This document shows positions 37,929-46,236 of a DNA stretch of 52,210 bases, in pieces. The translations under genes and the position numbers were made by a program. Below the pieces are notes generated by a model. It worked only from the letters and a program-made list of their open reading frames with translations, was not told where the DNA came from and did not search any database. This stretch comes from Gammaproteobacteria bacterium (GTDB lineage Bacteria; Pseudomonadota; Gammaproteobacteria; Eutrophobiales; Eutrophobiaceae): positions 1-52,210 of the forward strand of contig OY728594.2 in the NCBI GenBank assembly GCA_963422205.2, in the 5' to 3' direction. Within the stretch, counting starts at the first letter, position 1, and each line of letters starts with the position of its first letter.

Positions 37929-38748
37929 TTTCAGTCTCCTCTGCTTGATTGGATATTTTAGAATGCCCCGGCATATAGGGGGCCAGTGCGGTATAACCGT
38001 CAGTCTCGTTAATCAGGATTTTGTCCGGCATACGGTAGCGATTGCCTGCCTCGAAAGTTGGACGAGGGGCAAGATTAAGCGCCCGCTGGCCTGATCCCTT
38101 GGCTTTCGTAATTTTCTTGGTATTTTTGCCAAATCCCGTTTTTTCTTGATCCAACGTGATAACTGCATTCAAAAAACCAACGATATCCGCCCTTTCGCGG
38201 ATCATCGCATCGGCCCTTTTATGCAGACGCATTTTGTAACGATCGTAGTCGTCGCGTTCGGGATCGGAAAACCTCTCGACCATCTCATGCGCAATCAAAA
38301 TGATTGTCATGCGCTTGTGATCACGCAGCCACGCGCAGGCAGATAGAAAATCGCGCCAGACCTCATCAGCTGCTACATACCCTTTGCCGTAGCCAGGGTC
38401 TTCAATTGACGACCATCGCCCATTAGGATCATCTGAACTGCGCTTGCACGTCTCTTTCCAAACCAACGGTTCCATTTGCGTCAGACTATCGATAACCAGA
38501 GTCTGGAAATCATGCTCTTCGGTTGCTAATTCAATCAGCGCCTGATTGACATCGGCAAAGCTGGTCAGCGGTTCCTCGCTAAAACTGGTGAGTTCCAACG
38601 ACCCCGCGCCATCTTCAGTTTGTATAAAGATCGGCTTGGGAAATCCGGCGGCAAGCGTTGTCTTGCCCATTTTTCCGCGCCCATAGATCACTATCATCGG
38701 CGGTTTATCTGGCTTTTTCTGAACCAGATTATTAAGTGATATAGTCAT
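37921..38748 (-). CDS. Sak4-like AAA_24 ATPase (ssDNA annealing/recombination)
   Basis: YGRGKMGKTT Walker A, TLVIDSL Walker B, GYGKGY and ILIAH motifs. Adjacent to the SSB gene. Confidence 0.85.
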   Translation of the reverse strand: MTISLNNLVQKKPDKPPMIVIYGRGKMGKTTLAAGFPKPIFIQTEDGAGSLELTSFSEEPLTSFADVNQALIELATEEHDFQTLVIDSLTQMEPLVWKETCKRSSDDPNGRWSSIEDPGYGKGYVAADEVWRDFLSACAWLRDHKRMTIILIAHEMVERFSDPERDDYDRYKMRLHKRADAMIRERADIVGFLNAVITLDQEKTGFGKNTKKITKAKGSGQRALNLAPRPTFEAGNRYRMPDKILINETDGYTALAPYMPGHSKISNQAEETENG

Positions 38749-38768
38749 GTTAGGTTCCTCTCTCTTCG

Positions 38769-39494
38769 TTACGCCGCTTCTAGAAGTTTGATCAATTGAT
38801 TGGCCTGCCGCTTGCGGGCCTTGGCGGCGGCATCTGCGGTGGCATCTACAGCACGGGCGGCATCTACAGCACGGGCGGCATAGGCGGCACGGGCGGCATC
38901 TACAGCACGGGCGGCATAGGCGGTATCGGCGACGGCACGGGCGGCATCGTCCGCGGCACAGGCGGCAAAGGCGGCATCTGCGGCACGGGCAGCAAAAGCG
39001 ACGACATAGGCGGCATCACTGGCAGCATCAGCGGCTTTTTCCACCACCTGTTTATCCACCTTTTCGCCTCTTGCCGCTGGCCCTGTGACTTCGCGGCGCA
39101 CCCGCGCGATCGTCTCAGTCACGTCCGGATTGTCCACCTCGGGGAGGTCCTCAAGCAACCGGTCCAGAAACTGCCATATGACCAGAGTCAAATCAGCGCC
39201 GGGCTTGATGGCGCCAAGAAACCGCTCCGGCCACGCTTGTGAGTCAGCATCGGGCAGAGATTCGAAAATGTCATCCTCCAACCGCGCCAGTGGTTCGGGA
39301 ATACCAAGCAAGCGTTCGTAGTCAGCGTATCTGTCCGGCGTTCCGCCGAGGTCGTGCAGCAAACAGCCGACAGCGCAGCCCTTGCCATTTTCCCAGTATC
39401 CGTGATTTTGCGCCAGTGTTTCGGCTTTGCGATGGCTGGCCATGATATCCAGCGCTTTTGTCTTAAGGTCAGGATTGTTGTGATACGCTAACAT
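38769..39494 (-). CDS. MLAYHN-family paralog D
   Basis: About 510 bp (38802-39311) are near-identical to 36699-37208. Confidence 0.8.
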   Translation of the reverse strand: MLAYHNNPDLKTKALDIMASHRKAETLAQNHGYWENGKGCAVGCLLHDLGGTPDRYADYERLLGIPEPLARLEDDIFESLPDADSQAWPERFLGAIKPGADLTLVIWQFLDRLLEDLPEVDNPDVTETIARVRREVTGPAARGEKVDKQVVEKAADAASDAAYVVAFAARAADAAFAACAADDAARAVADTAYAARAVDAARAAYAARAVDAARAVDATADAAAKARKRQANQLIKLLEAA

Positions 39495-39515
39495 GATACG
39501 TCCTCTCTCTGTGTT

Positions 39516-39866
39516 TCATTCAGTTGTTGCAAATTCTGCAACAACTGAACCGCCCTTGAATACTTCACCAATCTCGCGAATGACGTTGTTAAACGTAAAA
39601 TCGTCTACACCCATGGCCTCTGCCAGCCCATCCTGCCCCGATTTGAACCGCGCAATGAGATTGTCAAGATCATAAAGACGCTTGCTGGGCAGTCGGAATG
39701 TGATGCTGCGCAAGATCAAATGAAGCTGCGGTCTAACGCCTGCATCCCACGCCGCTTCAAAACAAGCTTTGCGATATTCCTTGCGTCGCGCCGCAATCAG
39801 CCAGAGCGACCGTGTGCGAAAATTTGGACTAAGCTCTTTGTACATCCAAGGTAAAAGTACTTTCAT
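39516..39866 (-). CDS. rusA: RusA-like Holliday junction resolvase
   Basis: LSPN start and DLDNLIARFKSGQDGL....GVDD motif. Confidence 0.75.
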   Translation of the reverse strand: MKVLLPWMYKELSPNFRTRSLWLIAARRKEYRKACFEAAWDAGVRPQLHLILRSITFRLPSKRLYDLDNLIARFKSGQDGLAEAMGVDDFTFNNVIREIGEVFKGGSVVAEFATTE

Positions 39867-40099
39867 GGCTGATTTATCCTCATCTCGACCGGCATAAAGT
39901 CATCAAATGTCAATCCGGCCCCAAGCCGATCAGACATTTTCATCAATGCGGACACGCGCTTCATTGGAATTTGCCCATTCTGACCACCGCGACTGCGCGG
40001 TTCCATCCATTTGTATACCGTCGCGCGATGCAAGTTCAATTCACGCGCCACCGCTGACGCGCCGCCCAGCGTTAATATGATATGTTTTGCAGGTTCCAT
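39863..40099 (-). CDS. Cro-like HTH regulator
   Basis: LGGASAVARELNLHRATVYKW...GG..G.IP. Confidence 0.8.
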   Translation of the reverse strand: MEPAKHIILTLGGASAVARELNLHRATVYKWMEPRSRGGQNGQIPMKRVSALMKMSDRLGAGLTFDDFMPVEMRINQP

Positions 40100-40106
40100 G
40101 GCCGCG

Positions 40107-40159
40107 ACTGTACACGCTGTCTAAAAATATGCAACAATTTTGTTGAAATATTTTCGACA
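40107..40159. promoter_or_regulatory. Divergent promoter region with two operator-like boxes
   Basis: TGTCTAAAAATATGCAACA (40118-40136) and TGTTGAAATATTTTCGACA (40141-40159). Leftward TTGCAT-16-TACAGT ends 7 nt before the cro ATG. Confidence 0.55.
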
Positions 40160-40198
40160 AAATGCTAAGTGTCAATCATCAAACGAGAGGAAACCCTT

Positions 40199-41008
40199 AT
40201 GACCAAACTACCTGAATCAACGCAACCAGCGCCGTTGGCAGCGCCTGTCATCGCGTCCTATGACATTGAAACTTTTGTTTATTTTGACATAGAGACAATT
40301 CCGAACCAGCGGCCTGAAACCTTTGAGAAACTCAAAGAGCAGGTCAAAGCACCGGCAAGTTACAAAAAGCCCGAGAGCATTGAAAAATGGCTTGAAGAAA
40401 ACCGCTACAGCGCGGCGCAAGAGGCGCTTGCCAAAACATCTTTGGACGGCGGGGCGGGGCATGTCTGCACAATTGGCTGGGCAAAAAACGACGGTAAAAT
40501 ACGCGTTGAACATGCGGAAACTGTTGCCGAAGAACACGATATCCTGACTGCATTTTTCAACGATCTGTCAGATTACAAAAGCCACACCTTAGTTGGTCAC
40601 AACATCGCGAAATTCGACATTCCGTTTTTGCTCAAGCGTGCAGTCGTGCTTGGTGTGCCGCTTCCACCTGAAACAGCTTTTCCACGTGATCCAAAGCCAT
40701 GGGACAAGCGGGTGTTTGATACAATGACAGCATGGGCAGGGGCGCGGGATATGATTTCGATGAACCGGCTTTGCGGTATTCTTGGCATCATCGGCAAGGA
40801 CGATTTTGACGGATCACAGGTGGCGCAGGCGTGGGCTGATGGAGAACATCTGCGCATTGCACATTACTGCAGCTCGGACGTGGATCGAACACGGCAGATT
40901 CATCAAAAGTTTCTGGCTGCGGGATGGAGTTATAGCGTCAAATCATTGTCGCAGCCGGTTGTGGAGCCGATTGATGATGAGGTGCCTGATTTTGGAGCGG
41001 CGGTATGA
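40199..41008 (+). CDS. Stand-alone DEDDy 3'-5' exonuclease (PolB exo-like)
   Basis: FDIETIP (ExoI), LVGHNIAKFDIPFL (ExoII), YCSSDV (ExoIII). Confidence 0.85.
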   Translation: MTKLPESTQPAPLAAPVIASYDIETFVYFDIETIPNQRPETFEKLKEQVKAPASYKKPESIEKWLEENRYSAAQEALAKTSLDGGAGHVCTIGWAKNDGKIRVEHAETVAEEHDILTAFFNDLSDYKSHTLVGHNIAKFDIPFLLKRAVVLGVPLPPETAFPRDPKPWDKRVFDTMTAWAGARDMISMNRLCGILGIIGKDDFDGSQVAQAWADGEHLRIAHYCSSDVDRTRQIHQKFLAAGWSYSVKSLSQPVVEPIDDEVPDFGAAV

Positions 41009-41178
41009 CACAGGCCTTGTTATCAACCGTCAAGAGTTCTTTCATAGTCTGCGTTGCCAGCATTGTGAGTGCAGTGCGCACATTAGACAATCACTGGATC
41101 GGTGATCTGATTGGTGCGCTGTCGATCTTTGTTATGATGTGGTGCGCGCTTGTTTTTGGCTACGCAATCGCGCCATGA
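41005..41178 (+). CDS. Small membrane protein (57 aa, not in the ORF track)
   Basis: ATGA overlaps at both ends. Translates as MTQALLS...WIGDLIGALSIFVMMWCALVFGYAIAP. Confidence 0.6.
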   Translation: MTQALLSTVKSSFIVCVASIVSAVRTLDNHWIGDLIGALSIFVMMWCALVFGYAIAP

Positions 41179-42773
41179 AACTGCGTGATTATCAATTAGC
41201 CGCCGTCGATGCGACGTATCAATTCATGGCGCAAGGGCGCGGCAACCCTCTTGTTGTCGCGCCAACAGGATCTGGAAAAAGCCTGATCCTGTCCGAGTTC
41301 ATCCGCAGTGCACTCACAGACTATCCCGACACTCGCATTATATGTGCCACGCATGTCAAAGAGTTGATCCAGCAAAATTACCACGCGCTCATGCGCCTCT
41401 GGCCTGATGCGCCAGCAGGAATTTATTCCGCTGGGCTGAACAAGCGGCAGGTAAACAGACCTATCACATTTGCAGGCATTCAGTCGGTCGCCAAACGGGC
41501 TGATGAATATGGCGATATCGATTTAATGATTGTTGATGAAGCGCATCTTATACCGCGCAAGTCTGCGACGATGTATCAGCGGTTTATTGAAGGCCTCAAG
41601 AATACCAACCCGCAACTCAAAATTATTGGCTTGACCGCCACGCCGTTTCGTGTCGACAGCGGGCGGCTGGATCAAGGCCAAGGCGCGATGTTTGACGGCA
41701 TATCTTACGACATTCCGATCACATATCTGGTCGAGCAGGGCTATCTGGCCCCGCTTGTCAGCAAGTCACCATCGATTGTCTTCGATACCAGCGGCCTGCG
41801 CACGCGCGCAGGTGAATGGGTTGAGAGCGAGATGGTGCAGCGGTTTGGCACGGATAAAATCACCCAGGCCGCCGTTCAGGAAATTATTCAACTGGGGCAG
41901 GATCGAAAATCCTGGCTGATTTTTTGCATCAACGTGGATCACGCGACTGCGGTCAGGGATGTACTTATTGAGCACGGTATTCCCACCGCCGTGGTAACTG
42001 GTGCCACGGCAGCAATAGACCGGCAGCGGATATTGGCAGATTACAAAGCAGGAAGATTGCGGGCTATAACGAATGTCAATGTGCTTTCGACGGGCTTCGA
42101 CGCGCCTCAAACAGATCTTCTGGCTTTTCTTCGTCCAACGCAAAGTTTGGGCCTGTATCTCCAGATGGCAGGCAGAGCCATGCGCACTGCGCCGGGTAAA
42201 GAAAACGGCCTTGTGCTGGACTACGCGGGCAATGTGCTGCGACACGGGCCGGTGGATGCAGTGCAGGTCCTGGAAACACCGCATCAAACAAAAGGCACAG
42301 GCGAGGCGCCGTCGAAAGTTTGTCCTAATTGCAAGTCAATTCTTCACGCGGCAGTTCGCGAGTGTCAGGATTGCGGCTTTGAGTTTCCACCGCCCGTACC
42401 AAAAATTGAAAAGCGCGCCAGCACAGCGGCAATCATGAACATGACTGCTGATGAGAATTGGCAGGCTGTCCAGGACTTCATTGTCTGCAAACACGATCCA
42501 CGCGACGGGAGGCCTGTGTCTTTGCGGGCTGAATATCTGGTCAGCAATTGCTGCGTTAAAGAATGGGTGTGCCTGGAGCATTCCGGTTTTCCGCGCCAGA
42601 AGGCTGTCCAATGGTGGCAAGCCTATGCAGGCACGACACCGCCAGCAACTGTTGCAGAGGCCTTGGATCGGCAGAATGAAATTAGACCGCCTGCGGAGGT
42701 CGTCGTGCGCCGCGAAGGCAAATATGATCGGATTTACCGGGCGCGGGGGCACAAGAAAAGGAATGCAGCGTGA
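41175..42773 (+). CDS. SF2 DEAH helicase with C-terminal Zn finger (RadD/YejH-like)
   Basis: LRDYQ, APTGSGKS, DEAH, TAT, QMAGRAMR and CPNC..CQDC motifs. Confidence 0.92.
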   Translation: MKLRDYQLAAVDATYQFMAQGRGNPLVVAPTGSGKSLILSEFIRSALTDYPDTRIICATHVKELIQQNYHALMRLWPDAPAGIYSAGLNKRQVNRPITFAGIQSVAKRADEYGDIDLMIVDEAHLIPRKSATMYQRFIEGLKNTNPQLKIIGLTATPFRVDSGRLDQGQGAMFDGISYDIPITYLVEQGYLAPLVSKSPSIVFDTSGLRTRAGEWVESEMVQRFGTDKITQAAVQEIIQLGQDRKSWLIFCINVDHATAVRDVLIEHGIPTAVVTGATAAIDRQRILADYKAGRLRAITNVNVLSTGFDAPQTDLLAFLRPTQSLGLYLQMAGRAMRTAPGKENGLVLDYAGNVLRHGPVDAVQVLETPHQTKGTGEAPSKVCPNCKSILHAAVRECQDCGFEFPPPVPKIEKRASTAAIMNMTADENWQAVQDFIVCKHDPRDGRPVSLRAEYLVSNCCVKEWVCLEHSGFPRQKAVQWWQAYAGTTPPATVAEALDRQNEIRPPAEVVVRREGKYDRIYRARGHKKRNAA

Positions 42774-43051
42774 CGCATAAATTTCATATCACTGATCACG
42801 CGGCGCTGCGCTATCTGGAGCGGGGTTGGGGGGTGGATGTGGCCGCCCTGAAGCGGCGGGTTGCCGCGCAGGTGCCCTGTGCGGAAATTTCGGTTGAGGC
42901 GTTCGGGGACTGTGCCGTGATCCGCGACGGGCTGCGGTTTCATCTGCGGCGCGCAGAGGATGGCACGGTCACGATTGTCACGATCACCAGCGCCCAGGAG
43001 GGCCATATCTCGAACCGCGCTAAAAGACTTAAACAAAGAGGAAAGAAATGA
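42770..43051 (+). CDS. Hypothetical protein
   Basis: ITDHAALRYLER motif, coupled to its neighbours. Confidence 0.6.
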   Translation: MTHKFHITDHAALRYLERGWGVDVAALKRRVAAQVPCAEISVEAFGDCAVIRDGLRFHLRRAEDGTVTIVTITSAQEGHISNRAKRLKQRGKK

Positions 43052-43368
43052 GACGTGTAATCATCGAAAGCCCGTATGCGGGAGATGTTGCGGAAAATAT
43101 CAAATATGCAAGGCAAGCAATACGCGATAGCCTGAATCGTTGTGAGTCACCTTTCGCTTTGCACCTGCTTTATACTTATCTAGATGTCCTAGACTATAAT
43201 GTTCAGATTGATCGCTACAAAGGCATCGCAGCCGGTCTCGCATGGCACGAGGTGGCGGACGCGGTGATTGTTTATCAAGATTTAGGAATTTCAAAAGGAA
43301 TGAAGCAATCGATTGAGGCAGCAAAATTGAACAAAGTTCCGGTCGAATACAGATCAATTTTGTCATGA
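43048..43368 (+). CDS. Nucleoside deoxyribosyltransferase-like small protein
   Basis: VIIESPYAGD...PFA.HLLY and GISKGM motifs. Confidence 0.6.
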   Translation: MRRVIIESPYAGDVAENIKYARQAIRDSLNRCESPFALHLLYTYLDVLDYNVQIDRYKGIAAGLAWHEVADAVIVYQDLGISKGMKQSIEAAKLNKVPVEYRSILS

Positions 43369-43685
43369 CGGGGATGCCGGGATATCCTTGTCCTGTCTGC
43401 AAGCGCGCCGGGGGCGCAATTACAATCAGCTTGGAAAACCATCAACTGCAACATCTGTGCAGTCGAAAATGTGCGAGGCTTTACATGTCCGACACGCCTT
43501 TGAAAACAAATGAACAAGCGGCCCTTGTCATAGGCGGGCAGGCGGCTGGTGCATATCTTGAGCAGATAAGTCAGTTTGATTTGCGGAAACTGACCTCTGA
43601 GCAATGGGCTGTGTTCTGCGCAACGTTGTTTCAGGCGACGTGTTCAGACTTGGAAAAACAGGCAGATGATAAAATACCATTTTAG
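43365..43685 (+). CDS. DUF6511-like Zn-binding hypothetical protein
   Basis: CPVC and CSRKC motifs, GAYLEQI...DL..LT.EQW, ends IPF. Confidence 0.55.
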   Translation: MTGMPGYPCPVCKRAGGAITISLENHQLQHLCSRKCARLYMSDTPLKTNEQAALVIGGQAAGAYLEQISQFDLRKLTSEQWAVFCATLFQATCSDLEKQADDKIPF

Positions 43686-43795
43686 GTGGAAGCTATGATC
43701 CGCCCTCGCACCACATCGACTTTGGCTAACGCACTTATAAGTTATGGGCTTGACACTTGCAACTCTTCAAGGTATCAATAGGGAATTATATACTA

Positions 43796-44026
43796 GGGCT
43801 GGAAAGCTTTTGGGCACCGATGAAGCGCGGTTACCATGGCATCTATCACAAGATGTCGCCCAAGCACCTGCAACGCTATGTGAATGAGTTCTCGGGCCGT
43901 CACAACAACAGACCGAAAAATACCATCGAGCAAATGAAAAGGCTTGTATCCAGCGTGGAAGGCAAACGGCTGCGCTACGTGGACCTGATTGCTCCGAACG
44001 GTTTACCAAGTGGGGCGCGGTCATGA
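43796..44026 (+). pseudogene. IS1595 transposase C-terminal fragment
   Basis: [32 protein letters not shown], homologous to the end of 34592..35509. N-terminal three quarters are missing. Confidence 0.85.
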
Positions 44027-44658
44027 GTGGGGTGGAAGCCGCAACCGACCTTTCCAATTTTCTCGGGTCACATAAATTCTCAACCGTGATGGCCGATCCG
44101 CCTTGGCGTTTTACCAACAGAACCGGGAAGATGGCACCGGAACACAAGCGGCTTGCAAGGTACCCGACAATGACGTTGCAAAACATTTGCGCCTTACCGG
44201 TTGCTGATTTTATGGAAGACAGATCGCATTGTTACCTTTGGGTTCCGAATGCCCTTCTTCCCGAGGGTCTACTCGTCATGTCTCAATGGGGTTTCACCTA
44301 CAAATCAAATATCATCTGGCACAAGATACGCAAAGACGGCGGGTCTGATGGGCGCGGCGTCGGTTTCTATTTTCGCAACGTGACGGAAGTTCTGTTGTTC
44401 GGAATACGTGGTAAGAACGCCAGAACATTGCAGCCAGGGCGGCGTCAGGTAAACCTGTTCGGGACGCGTAAGCGCGAACATTCCCGCAAGCCGGACGAGC
44501 AATACGACATCATCGAAAGTTGCAGCTGGGGGCCTTACCTCGAATTGTTTGGGCGTGGCAAACGAGAGAACTGGACTGTTTGGGGCAATCAGGCAACCGA
44601 CGATTACAAGCCTACGTGGGACACGTACAAACATAATTCTGCGGTCGCTGCGGAATGA
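44023..44658 (+). CDS. MT-A70 family N6-adenine methyltransferase
   Basis: ADPPW, YLWV, WGFTY, EHSRKP and LELFGR motifs. Confidence 0.92.
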   Translation: MSGVEAATDLSNFLGSHKFSTVMADPPWRFTNRTGKMAPEHKRLARYPTMTLQNICALPVADFMEDRSHCYLWVPNALLPEGLLVMSQWGFTYKSNIIWHKIRKDGGSDGRGVGFYFRNVTEVLLFGIRGKNARTLQPGRRQVNLFGTRKREHSRKPDEQYDIIESCSWGPYLELFGRGKRENWTVWGNQATDDYKPTWDTYKHNSAVAAE

Positions 44659-44874
44659 GCGTTCCAGCAACGCCTGAGCAACTGGCGCAAGCCGTCACTA
44701 AAGGTGGAGCGGATCGCAAAGAGCCGGAACAAGAATCTTAATGAAAAAACTTGATTTTCGAAGTCGATTTTATCTTGTATGCCTGTGGCCCGCCCATGCC
44801 TGGTGCTGGTTTGTATCCTGCCTTTTTGGAATTGGATGGAGCGGGCCTTGGGATGATTTCGCCGATAACGACAA

Positions 44875-45060
44875 TCAGGAATAGCCGTTCAGGCGTTCCT
44901 AAGCTCTGGCTTTTGATTCCGTCATTGGACCACCTGCAATTTGAAGAAATCCGCTTGGCCATTTCTGACGATGTTCGGCCTCCCTACGCTTGGGATCTGT
45001 TGTGATGCCACCGTGAAGGATGCGTCCGTCGGAAATGAAGTGATATGTGTACCAGTTCAT
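44875..45060 (-). pseudogene. Small GIY-YIG-like protein interrupted by TAG
   Basis: YTYHF...HGGITTDPKRREAEH. In-frame TAG at 44899-44901, then ERLNGYS-stop, consistent with a TGG to TAG change. Confidence 0.45.
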
Positions 45061-45255
45061 GGTCAACTCCCGTTTTTGACGAGACGTTGACCTTTTGCGC
45101 AAACGTTTGCTACAAAGAACGCAGCCAAGGTTCGGCCAGCCAACGGCTCGTGGTTTAAAGGCGGCGTGAGGTGCTACAACACCTTGCGCCGTTTGCGTTA
45201 TACAAAATCTATATGTAGGAGTCCAAACTATTGGGCACTATCGTATATAATTCCC

Positions 45256-45375
45256 ATTTTTTACTCGCGAATGCAAATGCTTACCGTGAGCGAGATACTT
45301 GAAGGCAAGCGGTTTGAAATGCCGTCGATTGCCCGAGCGCGGGGAGAAAGAGAGCCGCAATTGCCGCTGGGATAA
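45256..45375 (+). pseudogene. C-terminal remnant, probably of an MTase/Mrr-type R-M fusion gene
   Basis: YSRMQMLTVSEILEGKRFEMP. Begins right at the inner TIR and stops at the outer IR. Family assignment is from recall only. Confidence 0.45.
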
Positions 45376-45468
45376 AGCCCATAACTTATAAGTGCCTAAG
45401 TGCGAAGCCTTTTCTTCAATTCTGCTGGCGTTAAACGTTCGATTTTCATGATAGTTCCTTTTCACTTT

Positions 45469-46173
45469 TCACGCGGCCTTGAGCAATTCGATGAGTTTGT
45501 CGGCTTGCTGCTTACGGGCGGCATCTGCGGCACGGGCGGCACGGGCCGCATAGGCGGCGGCATAGGCGGCGGCATCTACGGCATAGGCAGCATCGATAGC
45601 GGCATAGGCAGCATCGATAGCGGCATGGGCAGCATCGATAGCGGCATAGGCAGCATCGATAGCGGCATGGGCAGCATCGATAGCGGCACGGGCGGCATCG
45701 GCGGCGGCATAGGCGGCATGGGCAACCTCTTTCGTGACCGTCTCCCCCCGCGCAAGCGGCTTAGTTACTTCCGTTCGCACCCGCGCGACTACCGCCGTCA
45801 CATCGGCGTACTTGACTTCCGGCAGATCGCTCAGCAGCCAGTCGAGAAATTGCCAGATTACGCGGCTTAGATCAGCGCCGGGCTGGATCGCGCCAAGAAA
45901 CCGCTCGGGCCACGCCTGCGAATCAGCGGCTGGCAGAAATTCGAAAATGTCATCCTCCAGGCGCGCTAGCGGTTCGGGAATGCCCAGCAAGCGTTCGTAG
46001 TCAGCGTGTCTGTCCGGCGTTCCGCCGAGGTCGTGCAGCAGGCAGCCGACCGCGCAACCCTTGCCATTTATCCAGTATCCGCGATTTTGTTCCAGCGTTT
46101 CGGCTTTGCGATGGCTGGCCATGATATCCAGCGCTTTGGCTTTTAAGTCGGGTTGGTTGTGATAAGCAAGCAT
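45469..46173 (-). CDS. MLAYHN-family paralog E
   Basis: Contains five 21-nt tandem units (45580-45684) encoding AIDAA(H/Y)A heptads. Confidence 0.8.
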   Translation of the reverse strand: MLAYHNQPDLKAKALDIMASHRKAETLEQNRGYWINGKGCAVGCLLHDLGGTPDRHADYERLLGIPEPLARLEDDIFEFLPAADSQAWPERFLGAIQPGADLSRVIWQFLDWLLSDLPEVKYADVTAVVARVRTEVTKPLARGETVTKEVAHAAYAAADAARAAIDAAHAAIDAAYAAIDAAHAAIDAAYAAIDAAYAVDAAAYAAAYAARAARAADAARKQQADKLIELLKAA

Positions 46174-46204
46174 GATAAGTTCTCTCTCGTTTGTTGTTGA
46201 TGTT

Positions 46205-46225
46205 GAGAGCGCCCTTGGCGCTCTC
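46205..46225. repeat. Repeated intergenic hairpin (copy 3)
   Basis: GAGAGCGCC-CTT-GGCGCTCTC. Confidence 0.85.
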
Positions 46226-46236
46226 GTTGCTTGATG

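Larger units (their letters stand above)
43781..45255 (+). mobile_element. Inner non-autonomous IS1595-derived element
   Basis: 13-bp inverted ends GGGAATTATATAC (43781-43793 / 45243-45255) enclosing a transposase remnant and an MT-A70 gene. Confidence 0.7.
43731..45395. mobile_element. Decayed outer IS-like element bounded by 21-bp inverted repeats
   Basis: GCACTTATAAGTTATGGGCTT at 43731-43751 and its reverse complement at 45375-45395. No 8-bp TSD seen. Confidence 0.65.

Noticed and set aside
43720-43729. 10-bp match (CTTTGGCTAA) to the inner end of the IS TIR region at 32641-32650
   Set aside because: Too short, lacks the terminal GGGAAC part, and is compatible with chance.
44899-44901. 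TAG stop-codon reassignment suggested by the interrupted GIY-YIG-like ORF
   Set aside because: Single case inside a decaying element. terL and the 43365 ORF end normally at TAG, and long genes are uninterrupted in the standard code.
43727-45399. TAA as target-site duplication of the outer IR element
   Set aside because: Only 3 bp and not the 8 bp expected for IS1595. Rejoining the flanks does not restore a convincing ORF.
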